Assembly (NCBI GenBank): GCA_013115125.1
Contig: JABANN010000385.1
Location: forward strand, 1 to 33,679
DNA: 33,679 nt
Reading direction: 5' to 3'
Source of the DNA: Perkinsus olseni
Lineage: Eukaryota
Within the stretch, counting starts at the first letter, position 1. Every line of letters begins with the position of its first letter. Shown here piece after piece: positions 1-13,445 of the stretch. Below the pieces are notes generated by a model that worked only from the letters and a program-made list of their open reading frames with translations, was not told the DNA's origin and made no database searches. The translations under genes were made by a program, and so were the position numbers.

Positions 1-495
1 GAGAAGTGAGAGGAGTATCAAACCACAGCCGATAGTTGCTTCGAGACCACCACTTGCAAAAATCTTCGCCGTTGAGTTTATAAAGTAGAATGGGAGGATA
101 CCATGGACAATCCCCGCTAGTAGGCCGAGTATACCGTGAAGGACCGCTATCCTCTCAAAGCCAATCTTGAATATGTTCGATACCGGTCTCAAGGAGAGGA
201 ATAGCGATATGCTCATAGCCCACGCTGCCAGACGGCCAATGACGATACAGAACGTGACAATCAGCTCCTTCGAAGGGTATGTAACAAGCTGGATCACCGT
301 AGGCACTAGTAAGGCCAACATAACAACAATGCCGCTGAGGGCGATCGCACGGCTTGGGAAAGAGCCCTTGCAAGGCCGATGGAGGAAGCTGGGTATATAC
401 TTGCGTAGCCAGGTTGCGATAGTTATACCAACAAGGGCTATCAGACAGAAGATCAGATAGGCCAGTTGTGACCAGACCGGAAATGTCGAGGCCAT
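1..495 (-). CDS. Ferric reductase-like (FRE/NOX superfamily) transmembrane protein, 5' part; runs off the window edge
   Basis: Manual translation of a stop-free frame absent from the ORF track: MASTFPVWSQLAYLIFCLIALVGITIATWLRK...IGRLAAWAMSISLFLSLRPVSNIFKIGFERIAVLHGILGLLAGIVHGILPFYF. It has several TM helices and the G-x-LA...L-x-LR...F(E/D)R...H..LG...H pattern of the ferric reductase haem-binding TM domain. Confidence 0.7.
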   Translation of the reverse strand, partial: MASTFPVWSQLAYLIFCLIALVGITIATWLRKYIPSFLHRPCKGSFPSRAIALSGIVVMLALLVPTVIQLVTYPSKELIVTFCIVIGRLAAWAMSISLFLSLRPVSNIFKIGFERIAVLHGILGLLAGIVHGILPFYFINSTAKIFASGGLEATIGCGLILLSLL

Positions 496-579
496 GGGGA
501 CGGGAGTGACACAAACACTAACAATGATTGAGAATTAAGGCATGCGAGACAGGTGGCGATGTGTGGGGAAAATTAGACC

Positions 580-910
580 TCAGATGGAGCATGAAGTGTG
601 ACGAGTGAGCATCGCGAAAGTCGTCTGAAGGAGAGCAGCTGCTTCGTCGTGAGCATGGCAGCCGAGGGCCACCCCAGGTGAGTCGTGCGCCTTAGCGCAC
701 ACATCTATGCAAGAACAGCGCAGTTTCATCAACGAGAATAGTTGAGCACTCACTATCACGGCTGGCACCAGGTGAAGATAGCGTGTCCCGATTCCGTGGG
801 CTAGGCGTACGAATGACCCGGGAGGTCATACTCATGAGCTCCTGGGACATCCGCCGGCCAGCACACGACTCCATTGCATTCGTTTGCATTAACGTCGGAA
901 CAGCAGCCAT
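580..910 (-). CDS. Small two-exon hypothetical protein (~90 aa)
   Basis: ATG at 910 (MAAVPTLMQ...RTPSPRNRDT). A GTGAGT...GCATAG intron joins it in phase to the 580-768 frame (VCAKAHDSPG...TSCSI*). No homology recognised. Confidence 0.4.
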
Positions 911-1198
911 AATAGCGGGTCCTCACTGCTGTTGGCTGGAGATCCGACCTTAGATCAAGGGGAGGTTAAGGTGTCTACGATAGACGACATGATGACGTGA
1001 CGGTGAAGAACCCAGAGTAAATGCATAGACCGTGTCGCAGTTGAGTGGAGACACCTACTCTCGGTGCTTTCACTTAACGCAGACATGTAACGTTAAATTG
1101 AGATTCTGTTATAGAAGAGGAGAGCCTACATGTGAAGCTGCATATTAGCTCATTAAAGCAGTCGTTTGGCACGACAACCAGAAGTTATGGTGATGGTC

Positions 1199-3450
1199 TC
1201 ACTCCGCTTTCGCTTTGACTAATCTCCCCACTATCCTTAAAAAGATGAAGCCCACAACAGAGCGTAGCAGTAGATAGTCTATCACATCAGTCACTCCATC
1301 AGGGGCTCGCACACCACAGGTCCAATACCAATTAGAGTAGTCCGGAGGAAGAGACTGGAGACAGTCAAAGGTGAAGGACAAGTCATCACGCATTCTCTGA
1401 GGGCAGAGGAACTTTCCTCTGGAAAGGAGGCCCCATGTAGATGACTTAACTTCCTCGGTACAGTCGTAGTTCACGAAAGGCTGGCCATAACCAATTCGCA
1501 TGTTCTTCTCACTAGCCGGACTGAACCAAATCCACGTTATATACGTCCCTAACACTATCGTCGCCCCAATTGCAAAAAGATAATCCACCTTGACGGTGTG
1601 TCCACGTACGGCTGACAAGACAGCGGCGACGAAACAAGAGGCTTCCAGAGCATAGAGGGCCAGGAATGGGTGCTCAAGGAGGATTCCAACAACCAGGTAG
1701 ATCATCGTCATTGACCCCGCAAGAACGGGCACTGAGAGAGCGTTTATCAGTATTGCCCAGACAGTGCCGAGTGACCTTGTATAAGTAAAAGCGAATGCCA
1801 CTGACGCGGCAAGGGCGGCCATGAAGAATGTGCCAACGATCTGGACCTGGATAAAAGTAAGTGCTCCCAAGTTGGTCCAACTTGAAGGCGTCACCACCTG
1901 TGCGATGGTTGGGTAATAGTAAGACTCGCTCTCGTGAAAGGTGTTCCACATGAGATGGTAACCCGCGATGTCGAACGGTGGGAAGATGCCGAACGAACAA
2001 CAGCCTGAATAGAAAAACCCATGGACTGGCTAGTCGAGCCCCGGATATATCTCCGGTTCTCGCTGTCATACGCAACAACCGTATGAACGGCAGCAATACA
2101 GTGCTCCTGCCTGTGAAAAATGAGTCGGGCTGATGGCTGAGAGGAGCGCAAGTATCCGACTCATTGTGACGAATTGTGCAAGATATCAAGTTGGCCAGCC
2201 GCAGTGCTGGAATATTATTGGAGGCCTATCAGTGTCGAGCATCTGTGATGGGCCGTCACAGGTGCAGTCGGAAGTCAACCCACTGACAATCTTATCAACT
2301 CTAGCGCCATTTGTATTGAATGGACAGTCGGCGTGAGGGCTGCAGCCTGAGCACCCCTCAGACTCGGAAAAAGATGAGCACTGACCGTTAGGAGAAGACA
2401 CCTCACCCGCTAGGCCCGCCAAGGTGAGACGCTCTCTGAGGGACAACTTCTGCTGCGTTGCATAAGCTGTCGAGGCATCCTGCACTAGGATGTAAGTCAG
2501 TGAGGTATAAGGGCCCACCAAGACGTATCTAACCAAGAACGGATACGGTGGGAAGGAGAACTCGAGAAGACAGTCTCACAGTGGCTCTAACCTGTCGTGG
2601 AACATTATAGCAGCCTGCGTGAAATAAGTGTTACCGACCTGACAGAAGGACATCAGCACAACCTGCCGAGAGACTCTGCTTCTCGTCACCGCCACGCCAC
2701 CTGAGGGTTGGTCATCTGGCTGATCTCAAAGAGGCTGGAGCCTATCAGCAAGCCGAGCCATAGGGCTAGGGAATTCTTGTTAGGTGACGTATCTGAGAAC
2801 GCAGTAGAGCACAGCTCTGTGTTGATGCAGCCTCACTTCTCCAGGCATGGACGAAGGTCAGGAGGGCGATGGAGCACCACATAGCCTCTATCACCACATT
2901 TGACGGGTTGTAACTGTGAAGAGTTAAACAGAAGGTTCTCCAGTGACAGTGCTATCACGTCCATAGATCAGCCGGATCGTAAACTGTTATTAGGGAGGAG
3001 TTGATGATGGGGACTGGCTCGAGGAGGGCCTCTCCTGATTTGAGTATAACTGACATGACAGGGGAGAGGAAGATGTCGCCCTGCTGAAAATTCGCCCTGC
3101 TTCCCGCTGCGATCACGGGAAAGTGCAAAAATGACGTCCCCATGCCATATAGCAGCAGTACGAGCTGGGGCTCGGGGCAATACTCAGCAGATACTGGCTG
3201 AGTGCATCGAACCAATCGCCGGCCACCCGGAGACCGCAAGAGCAGCCTTTGCATCTATCCCAAACACTGTATTATAAAGACTCCAACCGCCACGCTGCTA
3301 GCACACAACATGAGCCTGGAAGCTGTCAGAAAAGCAACGTGCAGAGCATATCGACAGCTCCTCCTCAGACGATCTTTATCGCTTCGATAACTTGAGGGAC
3401 TGGTCCACCTTAAGTACATCATCAAGGCCTCGATAAGCAGGCTGCTGCAC
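1199..3450 (-). CDS. Multi-exon polytopic membrane protein of unknown function; 5' end uncertain
   Basis: The last exon is large and open (acceptor TTCAG near 2005; CCSFGIFPPFDIAGYHLMWNTF...RLVKAKAE*), with several hydrophobic helices and a Cys-containing loop. Short upstream segments flanked by GT/AG at about 2070-2480 and 2700-3450 read as protein. Confidence 0.5.
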
Positions 3451-3897
3451 AACTACTCGCCGCCTGGCCGTACCAGCTACTAAAGAGAGACTGCCCTCCG
3501 CGGCCGACCAAGTCTTGAACCGAATCGACCCCGTGGTAGAAGGAGGATATACACAACTCCATTTTCAGGTGCAAGGCATTGACAGTGACCACCGCCTACT
3601 GAAACGCCGACCTCCCATGCTGAGGTGAGAGTGGTTCATTGATAACTCAACATCCGTGCGCTGACGCATCGAATCCCGTCTCATAGCGAACAGGTCAATA
3701 TCTTCAACTGCCAAGATCGACGTCGGGCCACCTAACCATCACTACCCGGAAGGACGTATGAGGGTGTAGTGTAGGATGTGGTATCACCCCAGGAGAGTAA
3801 AACGCTGTATTTGCTCAAGACTTACTAGGACGCTCTGTCTCTTCGCTTCGTCGCTTATTGAGTAGAACACAAAACCCCTTTATAAAGAAACAATACT

Positions 3898-6800
3898 TCA
3901 GAATAGTTTTGAATATCTCTTAATCTCAGCAAGAATAGTAGCATTGGGAACCATCGTCTTCACCCAGTCCGGCTGCTGCTCCTGTGATCCGTAGGCTTTC
4001 GCTATTATTTTCTGAAACTTGGTGTAGTATAGTAATAGCTGGGTCATGGCCTGCTTGAGGATGTCCATGCCGTTATTGAAGTTGGTAAAACTCTCCATCA
4101 CAGTCTTCTGCATCAGTTGAGCGTTGCTCTTCCAGTTAGCGGTGAAGTGCCGCGCCAAGCGTTCCATCTCCTTCATCTCAGCGTCACCAACAGGACCGCC
4201 CTCTTCGGTCGCAGTCACGAACTTCACCAAGCCGCCGAAGTGCATGTTCAACTCACTGTCCACAAATGTTGCGACATCTCGCCTTAGCAAGTCTTCAATA
4301 GGTTTGTAAACTTCTGGCGGCACTGCCCCAGAGGAGCTCGCTCCACCATCTCCACCGCCGTGAATGACAGTCAGTATCAGATCAGCGTTGTTGATGATGA
4401 ACACATGGGCTTTCTGAGGAGGCAGTTGTCTCGAGAGAGCTACTAGGGCCGAGCGGAAGGCCGTGTGCAGCTGCCACAGAGTGTCCGTCATGGCAGTCTG
4501 GATCTGAGGCCAACCCTGCAAACAAGTGTACCTGACCAGCAGAGGGAGCATACAGCCACCACCGGCAAACGCCACTGACACTCACAGGCTGACCGTCATC
4601 TCAGCATAGCGACGTGACATAACATGCGGTTTGGCGGAGGTGAGTGGCGGCTCAGTGTGGTCCGTCGAAGAGGCTACCGCACGGAGACTCACAATGTTGG
4701 TACGCAGCACCTGGGAGTATCCCGTCGCGAACAAGAAGGTGATGGCCGCGCTACTCGTACCTCATTGAGCCGGGCCCAGAGCAGGGCGTGCATGTTAGAG
4801 AGATAGCTGTCCATGCACGTAAGCCTTCGACGACTCATCTGACTCTGGCAGTGGTCCACAATCCGCAGCATTAGCAACATGCCGATCGAGTCCCAGGAGT
4901 TGGTAACAAACTTCTGCATAGAATCCATAAACCATGACAGAGTCCTACCCAGTACAGCTTCGTATATCCGACCAGCTTCAACCTAAGATACGCCATCGGC
5001 TACTTTTGTGCATCTCCATCTCAAGCCCGGATCATCGATAGGTACAGAGTCGCACCAGCAGTGGTATGATTCCTCTCACAGTCATACCATAATTTCGTAT
5101 ACTCACCGGCAGGTCATGGCAGTTGAAGAAGTCGCATATGAAAAGATACTCGGAAGTACAGGTATCACACAACAGCCGCTGATGAGAACGGAAAACCTGC
5201 TCAGCGTAGTACCTGCGGAAAGAAGAATCCTCAAGAACGATGACGCTCTCAACGGTACATCGGAGGTGGTACGTTCTCCCGCTGAGCCTGTGCTATGGCG
5301 GCGTGGGCCACTATGGGGTCATCGTCAAGCTCGGATATCACCTGATAGACGACATGGTGACGTATCACCGTCCACCGATGGTCGGGGAGAACTAGAATAC
5401 AAAAAAGGGAATTTCCCTTAGGGAAATGCGGAAATTTTAAACAATACAACTGCGGTGCTAGGCCCGACAGCGGCTGTACGTCCGCTTGCCCACAGCAGAG
5501 TGATCGATCGCAGTACCAACACCCTAGCCAGGAGAACGATCACAGCGCTAGGCGTAGTTGGACGAGTCTAACGCTACCCAAGGTGAGCATCATACCTTGC
5601 CCCTCCCTGCAAGTGAGAAGACATTGCCAGTAGCAGTAGTCTGCTTGCGTGCACCAAAGAGGCCTCCAATGGCATCACTGATGCCCGACTGCAGCCGTCG
5701 TTCTACCGTCGCATCACTACCCGCCTGCTCGCCGCCCCCCGTACTGAGAACAAAGGAACACTACGACCGATTCTAGTGGAGCTGACGAGGCCCTCACATC
5801 AGGAGCTTGCCCGTCGGAGCTGCCAACTGCCACTTGACCAGCGATTGAAGGTACAAACGGAACTGGTTGAGGTAGACCCTAGACATCGTCGTAACGTAGT
5901 AGTCCCGGACCTGAGAGGGAGTTGCCGACCCCTAGCGGGTGGAGAGAGCCCTACTTGAGTGAAGCCCTCTGTGCAGTGGCGTTCGAGGAATGCAACCTGG
6001 CCCTTCAGCTGGACCAAAACGTTACGCTGCAAGATCTGGATATTCGTCTTGGGCTTCCGAAGAGAACCTGCCAAGGAAGGGTTGTTAGGCGGCCCACTGG
6101 ACGAGGAGGAGGTCCGACCTATCTTCGTTATGAGCAAGTCCCGCGACTTCTGACTGGCACACAGCCTTAGCTTGTCCAATTCCGGCGACACTTGAGCGGC
6201 AGCAACACCTAGAAACAGCCGCATCGCCCCCAGGCGAGAGCGTTCGGCTCCGCGCTTTACTTTGAGTTTTCAGTCGACCGCCATCAGCCTTGAAAGCTGT
6301 GATTTTGGATGAAAGCTCCTCAAGCGCCGCGGCGTAGCCGTCGCTGTCAGCTGGCACCTCACAGATGCCCTTGACCAGAGCAGGCGATACCACAACCTGA
6401 ACAAATCTCACGACTCAACCCCGTAACGCTACGCCGACCTTATGAACGTAATCCTGCAGCTCCTGCTGGACGGCCAACCGGTTTTTCAACTTATCGTTCA
6501 TCACCAAGGAGCTATGCTGGAGCGAGCGTATCTCGTCCGAAACACCTCTGAAAGCAGCGAACTCCCCCGGGAGTCCCCCCTCCCCGCCCAGCGAGCCATC
6601 ACTACCGTAAGTGGCTCTGGAAGCCGTCCAAGTCCTTCTCAAGCCGACTCAAAGCCTGGTCTGCTTCTTGCGCTCGTTTGTTGAGTTCCACCAACTGGTC
6701 CAATAAGAAGCAATAGACAGGAGATGCCACCGAAGGCTACTCACATTCTTCGACTTCGCCGAGAATTCCGCCAAGACCGCATGCCGCAGCAGCCGCGCCT

Positions 6801-7017
6801 CCTCGTCCAGGCTTGCCTTCAAATCATCCAAAGGCTCTCCGGCCTAAAGCAACGCTGAAGTCTGCGGCGTCCCCAACCTCCCTACCTTCAGTGCTCGAAG
6901 TAGGGAATCGTGATCAGCAGAGTCTCCCGCCTCAGCTAGCTTCTCGAATTTGGTCGCCAGGGCGGTGAAGTCCGGTATTGCGGGCGGTGCACTCGAGGGA
7001 GGAGGAGAAGACGACAT
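3898..7017 (-). CDS. VPS52: Vacuolar protein sorting-associated protein 52 (GARP/EARP complex), multi-exon
   Basis: ATG at 7017 (MSSSPPPSS...), first intron 6844-6885. Exons encode hallmark Vps52 segments: VSDEIRSLQHSSLVMNDKLKNR, VSPELDKLRLCASQKSRDLL, LRKPKTNIQILQ, WDSIGMLLMLRI, MDSYLSNMHALLWAR, FIINNADLIL, and SFTNFNNGMDILKQAMTQLLLYYTKF...ILAEIKRY. Stop at 3898. Confidence 0.93.
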
Positions 7018-7272
7018 GACTGTGACAAAAACTGAGAAGTGCCCACCGGACCCCTCTGCCGAGCGGTGTCGAAGACGAACTCTAACGCATGCAGCTATAC
7101 ACCATTGGGACTCCCAATTCCTCCCAATTTGGGAGGAAACTGACCTTCTTCCGAGCAGGCATGGGAGCCGCCTCGATACGTTGCCCCCTTCTTGATCACT
7201 GATAAGCGCAACTCCAATGAAACGTGGAGGAAATGCTACACCACCATGTGGTCATGAGGAGCGATGGTGATC

Positions 7273-8893
7273 TCAAATAGTAGTCTCATGAGAGGCACCA
7301 GCAGTGCTACTACCAGCTGGGCTACCAGCCTCTTCCAGCTCATCGGGCACCCCTCCAGGCGGAGTTACATCGCTTATCAGCTCCGGAGATACCACAAGCC
7401 TAGGCTGAGTCTCGGGATACCTCCGTCGAGGAGCGCCAGTCGACGTCTGCGGGCGGCGAGGACTCCGATGCCTCCTCGTACGACTGCGCGGCCTCTCTCG
7501 AGCACCCTCACGATGATGGTAACTGTGGGGCTCGCACTGTGATGCCTTATCAACACCACCCCAGCACGACCATCGATATGAAGAGTTTCTCATCTACTGA
7601 ACCCCAGAGCGATGAGAACGCGGTAGCGACTCCCGACCCTCTGGACCTGGTAGAAGCAGAAGTGTCGGGCCTGCTCCTGCGTGATGGTGATAACGATGTT
7701 TCTCGTAAGCTGTATATCTCTGAAATAACCTCCTTGAGGCCCCTCACGAGCTCGTCCACCCGTCGTTCCTTGTCGACCAACTCCGCCCTCAGCCTTGTCC
7801 GCTCAGCCTGCCGCCACGCTAAGACGACGGGACAGAAGAACCTCGTCGGGCTCACCTCTGATGATTCTGGTCTTCTCCTCCGGCTCCTCCGGCGGCTTCT
7901 ACTATTGGGTCTGCTGCTGCTACGGCTCTCCCCATCCGCTGACCCTCTACGGTCTGTGTGGCCCTCCCTTCGACCCCGCGACGCGGCACTCTGAGGCCTT
8001 TGTGCGGTAGAGGAGGATGACGATAATGACGAGGAAGGTCGACACTCCAAAGCCTTGGTGGTGATCTCAGGCGTGTCGGACTTGATCTGATCACCACAAC
8101 GGTTTCGCAACAGCAACGAAGCAGCAGTGGCACTTGGTCCTGATCGAACACCCAGTCCGACTCCGCATCGCTCCGCTCGCCTCGACCTCCATTTTCGTCA
8201 TCAATCATCCTCAATGCACTCTCGGGCCGTACCGAGACTACGCTGCCCCTCCCACCAACGTCAGCACTCCTTGCCTCCGTAGCTGGCTCCTCCTGAAATG
8301 GTATCTAATGTCGAAGGCTGCAAGATACAAGTACGGCATACTACTCTATCCGAGGGTAAGCCCAGTGTCTCCTGTATGAACCGTAGCACGACCTGAGCGC
8401 GACCCTCCAGCGCGGACTGCGGTCTTGCTATGCCTACCAGTTCGCAGTCCCTATCTTCAAGAGGCATGCCACTGATGGCCTTGAAGGAGAGCTCCTCGCT
8501 ACGGGATGCCTCCTCACAATACGTCAAGAGATCTGCCTCATCGAGCCAAGGAGGCAACGAGTAGCTATCATCGTTTGAGATCTCCCGGAGCAGCCTGAGC
8601 ACCCGGGTTCGATCCCCACCCCTGTCAATTCTACTCCGGCCTACGTGTTCAGCCCCGCAATAACACCACTTTGTTGCCGCTCATTCTCGCCATTCGCTGC
8701 AGCCTTCCGTATCGTCATGAATGCAGCCAAATTGGGCTGCCACAGAGCATCATCTCCACGCCCTACCACCACCACTGTTACTACTAGTACCCCTCCTGAA
8801 TTCTCCGGCTCTGATACAAGTGCTATCTCCTCTAGACGCCGTACCTGCTCCACTGACGTAGTCTCCCTTTACAGACGGCCATCCCCATACCAT
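7273..8893 (-). CDS. Multi-exon hypothetical protein with a coiled-coil and Ser/Arg-rich low-complexity C-terminal half; start approximate
   Basis: Successive minus-strand frames (8261-8602, 7852-8214, 7550-8116, 7273-7593) are separated by short GT-AG segments. WRQAERTRLRAELVDKERRVDELVRGLKE is heptad-like. Confidence 0.5.
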
Positions 8894-9141
8894 GCGTAAA
8901 CGACCAAGCCCCCGACCTATCAAGATTCACTTTTTTACATACCAGCTGATTACTCAGAATACCAGTATACGAGATAACTCAATGTCCAGCGGTTCGGGTA
9001 CATGCCATCATGAGTGGGCCCGTGACTCCATCTCTAAAGAGCCGTTGTCTCTGTATCATTCGTTTGGATGATACGAGGGAGGTGAGCCCCGACCGCTCAA
9101 GGTGCACTACCACGAGTGCAAACCATGCTCAATTGGCATAC

Positions 9142-11733
9142 TCACAGCCGTATGAGTAGATACCAACTTTTCACCAGAGCACTTACAAAGTTTCTCTGGA
9201 GCTTCTGTATGGGAATATCGTTCGGATCGTCCCCAAAGGGCTCCTCCAGCTCCACACATATCCTGTTGAGGCCCGTGAACCCCACCACACAAAGGGTTGC
9301 GAACAACATCGCTGGTGCCCTGTAGAATAGGGTGATGGAAATCGATAAGATCCTCAACGACCGTACCATCTATCGAGAGAATGGGTGATTTCCATCGGCA
9401 TCAAGAACACCACACCCAGGATGAGGAGGGACATCATCTGGGCGAAGGGGAAGGGGAATGGGACCATCGCGATCTTCCATGACTGCCAACAGCTACAATC
9501 GACCACCGCCAGGAGACAGGCCGATACCTGATTGAAGCCGAGCATCCCGGTAGAGATCTCCTGAAAGACTCTGCTGAGTATGGGTGGTGGTATGTTGAGC
9601 AGGTGGGGATCTGCTGCCGCTGTGGCGATACCCTCTGTAATCCACTGGCAGACGAGCAGTATATCATCAGCACTTTGCAGAGTGGCCTTCTCATGATCCG
9701 TCAACTCGCCGATAACCTGGCGACAGCGGAATACCAGGCCACTTCCGATCGTCGAGCGTTGGCAGCGAGCAGTAGCCGTCGGAGGCTGAAGGACAGAACC
9801 CACTTACTTCAAAATAACACTCGTCCTCTGCGCCATCATCTCTCTCGCCGTCACACGCTCCCCTGAGGAAACCTTGCTCTCGACAATTGCGGCATCCCCG
9901 ACTACCCTTCATCCGTAGATTCTTCGACGTGCAACCGAGGCTCGCGATACCTACACGCGATCGTGATCGACTCAGGAGGATTTCAATCAGCGTTGCCTTC
10001 GAACGCGTCGCCACCCTTCCTCGCAACTCATGTTCTAGAGTTCACTCGTATCTAGCGTTAATTAAGGTAAGATACGCAAAGAGTCTCAATTGAAAAAGAG
10101 GACTAATTGTCGATAAGAAAACCCGTTGATCGAATGCATATATCTTTCTACCCATAACTAGCACGCATAACCTCCTCAGCCCGAACGACTCTATCCGGCA
10201 TGACACTCCGGCGCAATCATACACAACTCGCCATCCAAGTCCGACACACGGCAACACCATCCGCCATGAGATCCGCACCATCCGCACCAGCCGACCTTTA
10301 CACCACCCTCTACTAATCACGCCAATCACTGAATCGCTCCATCAGTCTACACTGTCATTTCTACGAACTTACAGGAACTGCGGATGGTCGGCGATGTCCT
10401 CGGCTTCGCCACTCGGATTCTCCAGTGCATGCAAAGCAATCGCGCTCGCCAGAGAGAACCAGTGCATTATCCTGGATACGCAGGAAACGACGACGACGAC
10501 GGAAATCATTCCTCGTTCTAACTACTTATACTTGAACGCCTCCGACCGAGCTCGCAGAGCATCGCCATCACTCTCCTCACTCCTCAGAGTTGCATTAGAG
10601 AAGGAAACCAGCTGGGACGGGACAAGTCGAGGAGCAAGTCGTACCACATCTTCCCGAGTTCAGAAACAGCTCTACTCTCGCTGCTCTCGACAACGGAAAA
10701 TCCGACGCACGCATTAGACGAGCTCAGTTTTCTATGGCCTCCCACAGCGAGCCATCCAAAAGAACCTCTACCCCACTGATGCCCCCCAGCGGTACTACCA
10801 GAGAGTAGGCATCGCTCCATTTTGATATGAGTTGCCGCAGGCTGGTGAACCCTTCCCAGTATCTTTGCAGAGCCATGTTAGTCCGAAACACCACCATGTA
10901 ACCGAGAATGGTACCATATATCTGATGGAAGATCCTCTCAGGAGGGCGAATTCACGAATAACCCTTGAAACGCAGCGACGACGGCGACCGAACAGAAGAG
11001 ATGATCTACAGGACGGTGTAACTAAGATGCCCGAGCTCTTGCGATCGACAGTCCGCCCGAAGGGGCTTAGGATGACGCTTATTCCCTTCTTAACCATCTC
11101 ATCGGCCCCTAGATAAGATTCAAACCGTCCAGGAGACTACGAGTCGGCCTACGCTGCCGATGCAATTCAAGCTTTCTCCTGCCCATGTGCATCACCTGCA
11201 GTGCAAATGGTTTCTCCATAACAATATGATGATTGAGGAAATCTATATAGACGAAGAGGGCCGCAATAACGCAGGCGATCACCGAGTAGACGACTATCTG
11301 AGTAGACAGCGCCTCTACTGCACAGACCCGGAACCGCAATACACCGCCCCCCAGTAGAGTCAGGACTGACCACCTAGCACGACCTCCAGCGCCCTGCCAG
11401 TCTTCCGAGCTCTCGAAGCCAAATTTTCGATGATAGCCCTCGTCTCTAGATCCGAAAACTATCAGCCAACGCAGGTTTGAAGATTGAGCTCTTCATTCCC
11501 TGAGCATCTCAACAACCTCGTCCCATTCTGGGATGCGCCGACGAGAAAAAATTATCATCGAGATGCGCTTCCAGTCCTGTGACACTTATGATGACTTTTA
11601 CGACACCCCGAGAAGCGCATAAGCATTTCCCTTCATGATACAGAATAATAACTTCTACTACCCCTGGGTAAGGCGATCCAACCCATTTGAAGATCAACCG
11701 TAAGGAGCTCTCGCCGTTATCGTACTCTATCAT
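9142..11733 (-). CDS. Bestrophin-family (UPF0187/VCCN-like) anion channel, multi-exon; exact 3' end uncertain (~9060-9142)
   Basis: N-terminus MIEYDNGESSLRLIFKWVGSPYP. The exon at ~10800-10922 gives IYGTILGYMVVFRTNMALQRYWEG (family signature). Later exons give KIAMVPFPFPFAQM and GLNRICVELEEPFGDDPNDIP. Confidence 0.9.
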
Positions 11734-12152
11734 TGTCAACAAGCCTACTCCAGAGTTCTCCACCTTGTACCATCCAGCTGATTCACTGCAAAACACAACG
11801 CTTGGAGTCCACATCCACTTCCCGATCTATACAAAGAGAGCCCTCATGGGGTATTCAAGAGAGCTATCACAGATAGTAAAAGCAGCAAAGATGGAGTGCA
11901 GAATGGAGAGAAGTGACAGAAAGCAGTAGTAGCATGACCAGCACTAGGTCAGACCACTAAGGCCTAACTCTCGTCGTCATAATAGTAACGACAACAACAA
12001 CCAGCTCAGAATAAATGATATACGCCCCAACGAGAGTTACGGGGTAAGGAGTCACTTAGTAGCAGGACCACCAGGGCAGCAGCAGGTTTCATCAATATTA
12101 TCGCCATTTCGAGGGCTACGTCGATATACTAAACAACAAACGATAGTGCCGC

Positions 12153-13445
12153 TCACTGCCTCGTGTCCGCGTCGTTCTGCGTGAGAGGCAATCTCTCCTT
12201 GTTAGAGGGGATTCCAGGGGCGGGCTTGCGCTCAGCTGGGGACACCACAAGTGGTGCATTAAGTGGCGCCAACAACTCAGATACCTGAAAGACAGATGGT
12301 CACCGGCGACGAACTGAGGCGCTTCAAGATCGGCTTACCGGTTGCTTTTCATGAAGACCGAAGGGAAGCTTGATAACTTCATCGTAAAGCAACTCGCCGT
12401 AGATGAGCATAACGAAGCCCACGAGCTGCAGCAGGGACCACGCGGTGAGAGGCTCTCCAAGGCCCTTATTAGGTGCTACGTAGAACCTGAAGGGAGCAAG
12501 AGTGGAAAGGGAGAGGTAGCCCGACTTGACCGCCTACATCAATACAGATACGATCCAGATGAGGATGGTCCTTGTGGCGTCAAGGAAGGTATGATGAACC
12601 GCAGAAGCGGTAGCAGTCACCATAACACCACACAGGTTGAAGACGAACACAGACACGACGAACGATATGGTCAGCCACATAATGGCAGAGGAGTTGGCCA
12701 GCATAACAAAGGAATCCTTAGTATTCTCGATAACACCACCCACATCACCGCCATGGATAGCGCCGACGACTGGAAGGGCGATGGCAACCATGAAGATGGT
12801 GCCCCAGAAACCTTCTAGACCGACCAGGGCAACAGGGGAGACGTCATGAGGGGGCTTCAATAGGAACTCTTCTATGACGTACTGGGAAGCACACACAATC
12901 TGGCCACCGACGATGAAGCAGATACCGAGAAGAAGCTTGCCAAGGCTGACGACCTGTGTTTGGTTCTCTCGAGAGGCGACACTGGAGAGCCCGACAAACA
13001 GCAGGGCAACTACACAGATGATAACACCAGCCCAGTTGTGGCGATACATCTTTCGGTGGAGGAAAAGCACTGAGAGTGCCGCAGAGAAGATCAAGATACT
13101 ACCCTTAAGCATTTGGAAGACGGACACGGGGGTGTAGACGAGACCGATGGCTTGAAAGGAGGACCCCAGGAGATCGAATAAGGAGGGGATGGCAACCACG
13201 AAGAAGACGCGCTTGTTAACCTTGTCGACCTTGATGCTCTTCGTCCAGATCATGAAGTAGTAGACGGGCAAGGCAAGTAGCATAGCAACGAACATGACAA
13301 GGCTCATGAACCAGGGCTTCTCGAAGAGATGGTAGGTGCCATCAATACCGAAGGCGCCGGTCTGGAACTGAAGCTTCTCTACGATGGAGTTGGCTGACCC
13401 GGCCAGGAGGCCGATGGTGAAGACGATGGCGAAGGTGCTCCACAT
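12153..13445 (-). CDS. SLC35F6-like / nucleotide-sugar (DMT superfamily) transporter, 3 exons
   Basis: ATG at 13445 (MWSTFAIVF). Motifs: FEKPWFMSLVMFVAM, PSLFDL, SVFQMLKGSILIF, SQYVIEE, VGLEGFWG, HTFLDATRTILIW. Exon 2 is LGEPLTAWSLLQLVGF; exon 3 ends ...DADTRQ*, TGA at 12153-12155. Confidence 0.9.

Noticed and set aside
155-514. ORF-track proteins 155-514 (-) and 167-460 (+)
   Set aside because: They are shadows of the real open frame 495 to 1 encoding the ferric-reductase-like protein.
5403-5440. Overlapping short inverted repeats in a VPS52 intron (GGGAATTTCCCTTAGGGAAAT)
   Set aside because: Short, single and of low complexity; no support for an element or terminator.
8600-8625. tRNA T-loop-like GGTTCGATCCCC
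   Set aside because: Only 3 bp of T-stem pair, and no acceptor, D or anticodon arms can be folded.
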